DNA of 33,169 nt. Origin: Malacoraja senta (lineage: Eukaryota). Positions 32,060 through 33,169 of the stretch are shown here, in pieces (position 1 is the first letter of the stretch; each line of letters begins with the position of its first letter). The notes beneath the pieces are model-generated. The model searched no databases, was not told where the DNA came from, and was given only the letters and a program-made list of their open reading frames with translations. The stretch spans positions 1 to 33,169 of the forward strand of contig JAXLNO010000343.1 in the NCBI GenBank assembly GCA_038087875.1. The letters are read 5' to 3'. The translations under genes and the position numbers were made by a program.

Positions 32060-32350
32060 GATAATAGACAATAGACAATAGGTGCAGGAGTAGGCCATTC
32101 AACCCTTCGAGCCAGCACCGCCATTCAATGTGATCATGGCTGATCATCCCCTATCAGTACCCCGTTCCTGCCTTCTCCCCATATCCCCTGACTCCGCTAT
32201 CTTTAAGAGCCCTATCTAGCTCTCTCTTGAAAGCATCCAGAGAACCTGCCTCCACCGCCCTCTGAGACAGAGAATTCCACCGACTCACCACTCCCTGTGA
32301 GAAAAGGTGTTTCCTCGTCTCCGTTCTAAATGGCCGACCCCTTATTCTTA
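32060..32350 (-). mobile_element. CR1 3' end
   Basis: Reverse complement of the same subfamily as 12690-12958, with a (TATTGTC)n tail. Confidence 0.9.
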
Positions 32351-32469
32351 ATTGTTAGCTGTTTGTTAGGTAAAGACGAGAAGCCAGTGCGACTGCGGTT
32401 CCTTCCTAAATGCGGCCTCCCTCACCAACGTGTTATGAAACTGCATGATGGACAAGGAGTTTGGTGTAG

Positions 32470-33010
32470 AGCAGGCAGGCGGGCGGGCGGGCGGTGGTTC
32501 TCAGCTTGCTATGCGATGGCGGCGTGTACATCCCGGGTGAGTTATTGACCATAATTCATGAAAAGGTAAATATAACTGTAATGGCACGGTGGAAACTCCA
32601 CGTGGAGGCCGTGAGATTTATGAGGGAAACGCTGTAATCGCTCACAGCCCGGTCATTATCCCATCACCACCGTTCATGCATCGCTGAGGCTGATTGGCAT
32701 CAGAGGATGCTACCGATTTGCAAGGAGATTTACAAGGAGGAGGCAGTGGGGAATGGATGGGTGGATGGCTCGTCGTACAACAGAGTGGGCCTCGTTGCAA
32801 AGCCACGCTGCTTTAAAAAAACAAAAAGAAATCCCACTGCACCCGCGAACTGCACTTATCCCGACTTGGAGATTGGCAGGGTTAACGAGCGTGTTGATCC
32901 AAGGCTTCTGGCGTGCTTTAATGCTTGCTTTAGGGAACGCGGTGGTTACCCCAGAAAGAGCGCCGGGAACCCATCTAGGGGACGGGCGGACGAGGGATTA
33001 TATCATCGTT
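32470..33010. promoter_or_regulatory. CpG-rich unique segment, promoter- or first-exon-like
   Basis: (GGCG)n GC-boxes 32478-32494, Kozak-like GCGATGG (ATG 32516), donor CGG|GTGAGT 32536/32537, palindromic E-box CTCCACGTGGAG 32596-32607, ATTGG at 32693 and 32872. Confidence 0.35.
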
Positions 33011-33169
33011 AATGCCCCTCGAATCTAAAGTCACCACCCTATATTATTGCCAGCCGGGCTGTAAATGAGTTTGCACAATGACAGTGTGCAGGAAGGAACT
33101 GCAGATGCTGGTTTAAACCGAAGATAAGGCACGCAAAAATGCTGGAGTAACTCAGCGGGACAGGCGGCA

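Larger units (their letters stand above)
28077..32097. repeat. Tandem duplication of a ~2.0-kb unit (28077-30074 and 30075-32078)
   Basis: Near-identical sequence at offset 1998. Paired ORFs include 28201/30199, 28463/30461 and 29527/31524. Confidence 0.97.

Noticed and set aside
32971..32985. CTCF-like CCATCTAGGGGACG
   Set aside because: About three mismatches to the core consensus; too weak.

Overview
This is repeat-saturated, apparently intronic or intergenic vertebrate DNA. The repeat families (HE1-type V-SINE, CR1/HER1-type LINEs) point to a cartilaginous fish, probably a skate or ray; that assignment is inference. No intact host protein-coding gene is recognisable. Contents: CA-, GA- and TAGTA-type satellites, plus 5'-truncated non-LTR retrotransposons of four clades. 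These are CR1 (a 426-aa RT ORF and an internally deleted APE+RT copy), L2, Rex1/Babar-like and Tx1-like. There is also a very abundant short repeat that traces to the 3' end of a Penelope-like element (GIY-YIG remnant at 15858-16174). That repeat carries a minimal type-I hammerhead-ribozyme-like core (CTGANGA-A-GGGT[loop]ACCC-GAAAC-GTH) in more than 15 copies. It repeatedly occurs as fold-back or inverted mini-insertions with 7-18 bp target-site duplications, and this is the most interesting system in the window. Also present: a ~2.0 kb near-identical tandem duplication with a mappable LINE-mediated crossover, a ~270 bp direct repeat flanking a Rex1-like insertion, a consensus CTCF site, a candidate minus-strand non-coding exon, and several TE-free islands that look regulatory. 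Boundaries of degraded repeats are approximate (about +/-20 bp).
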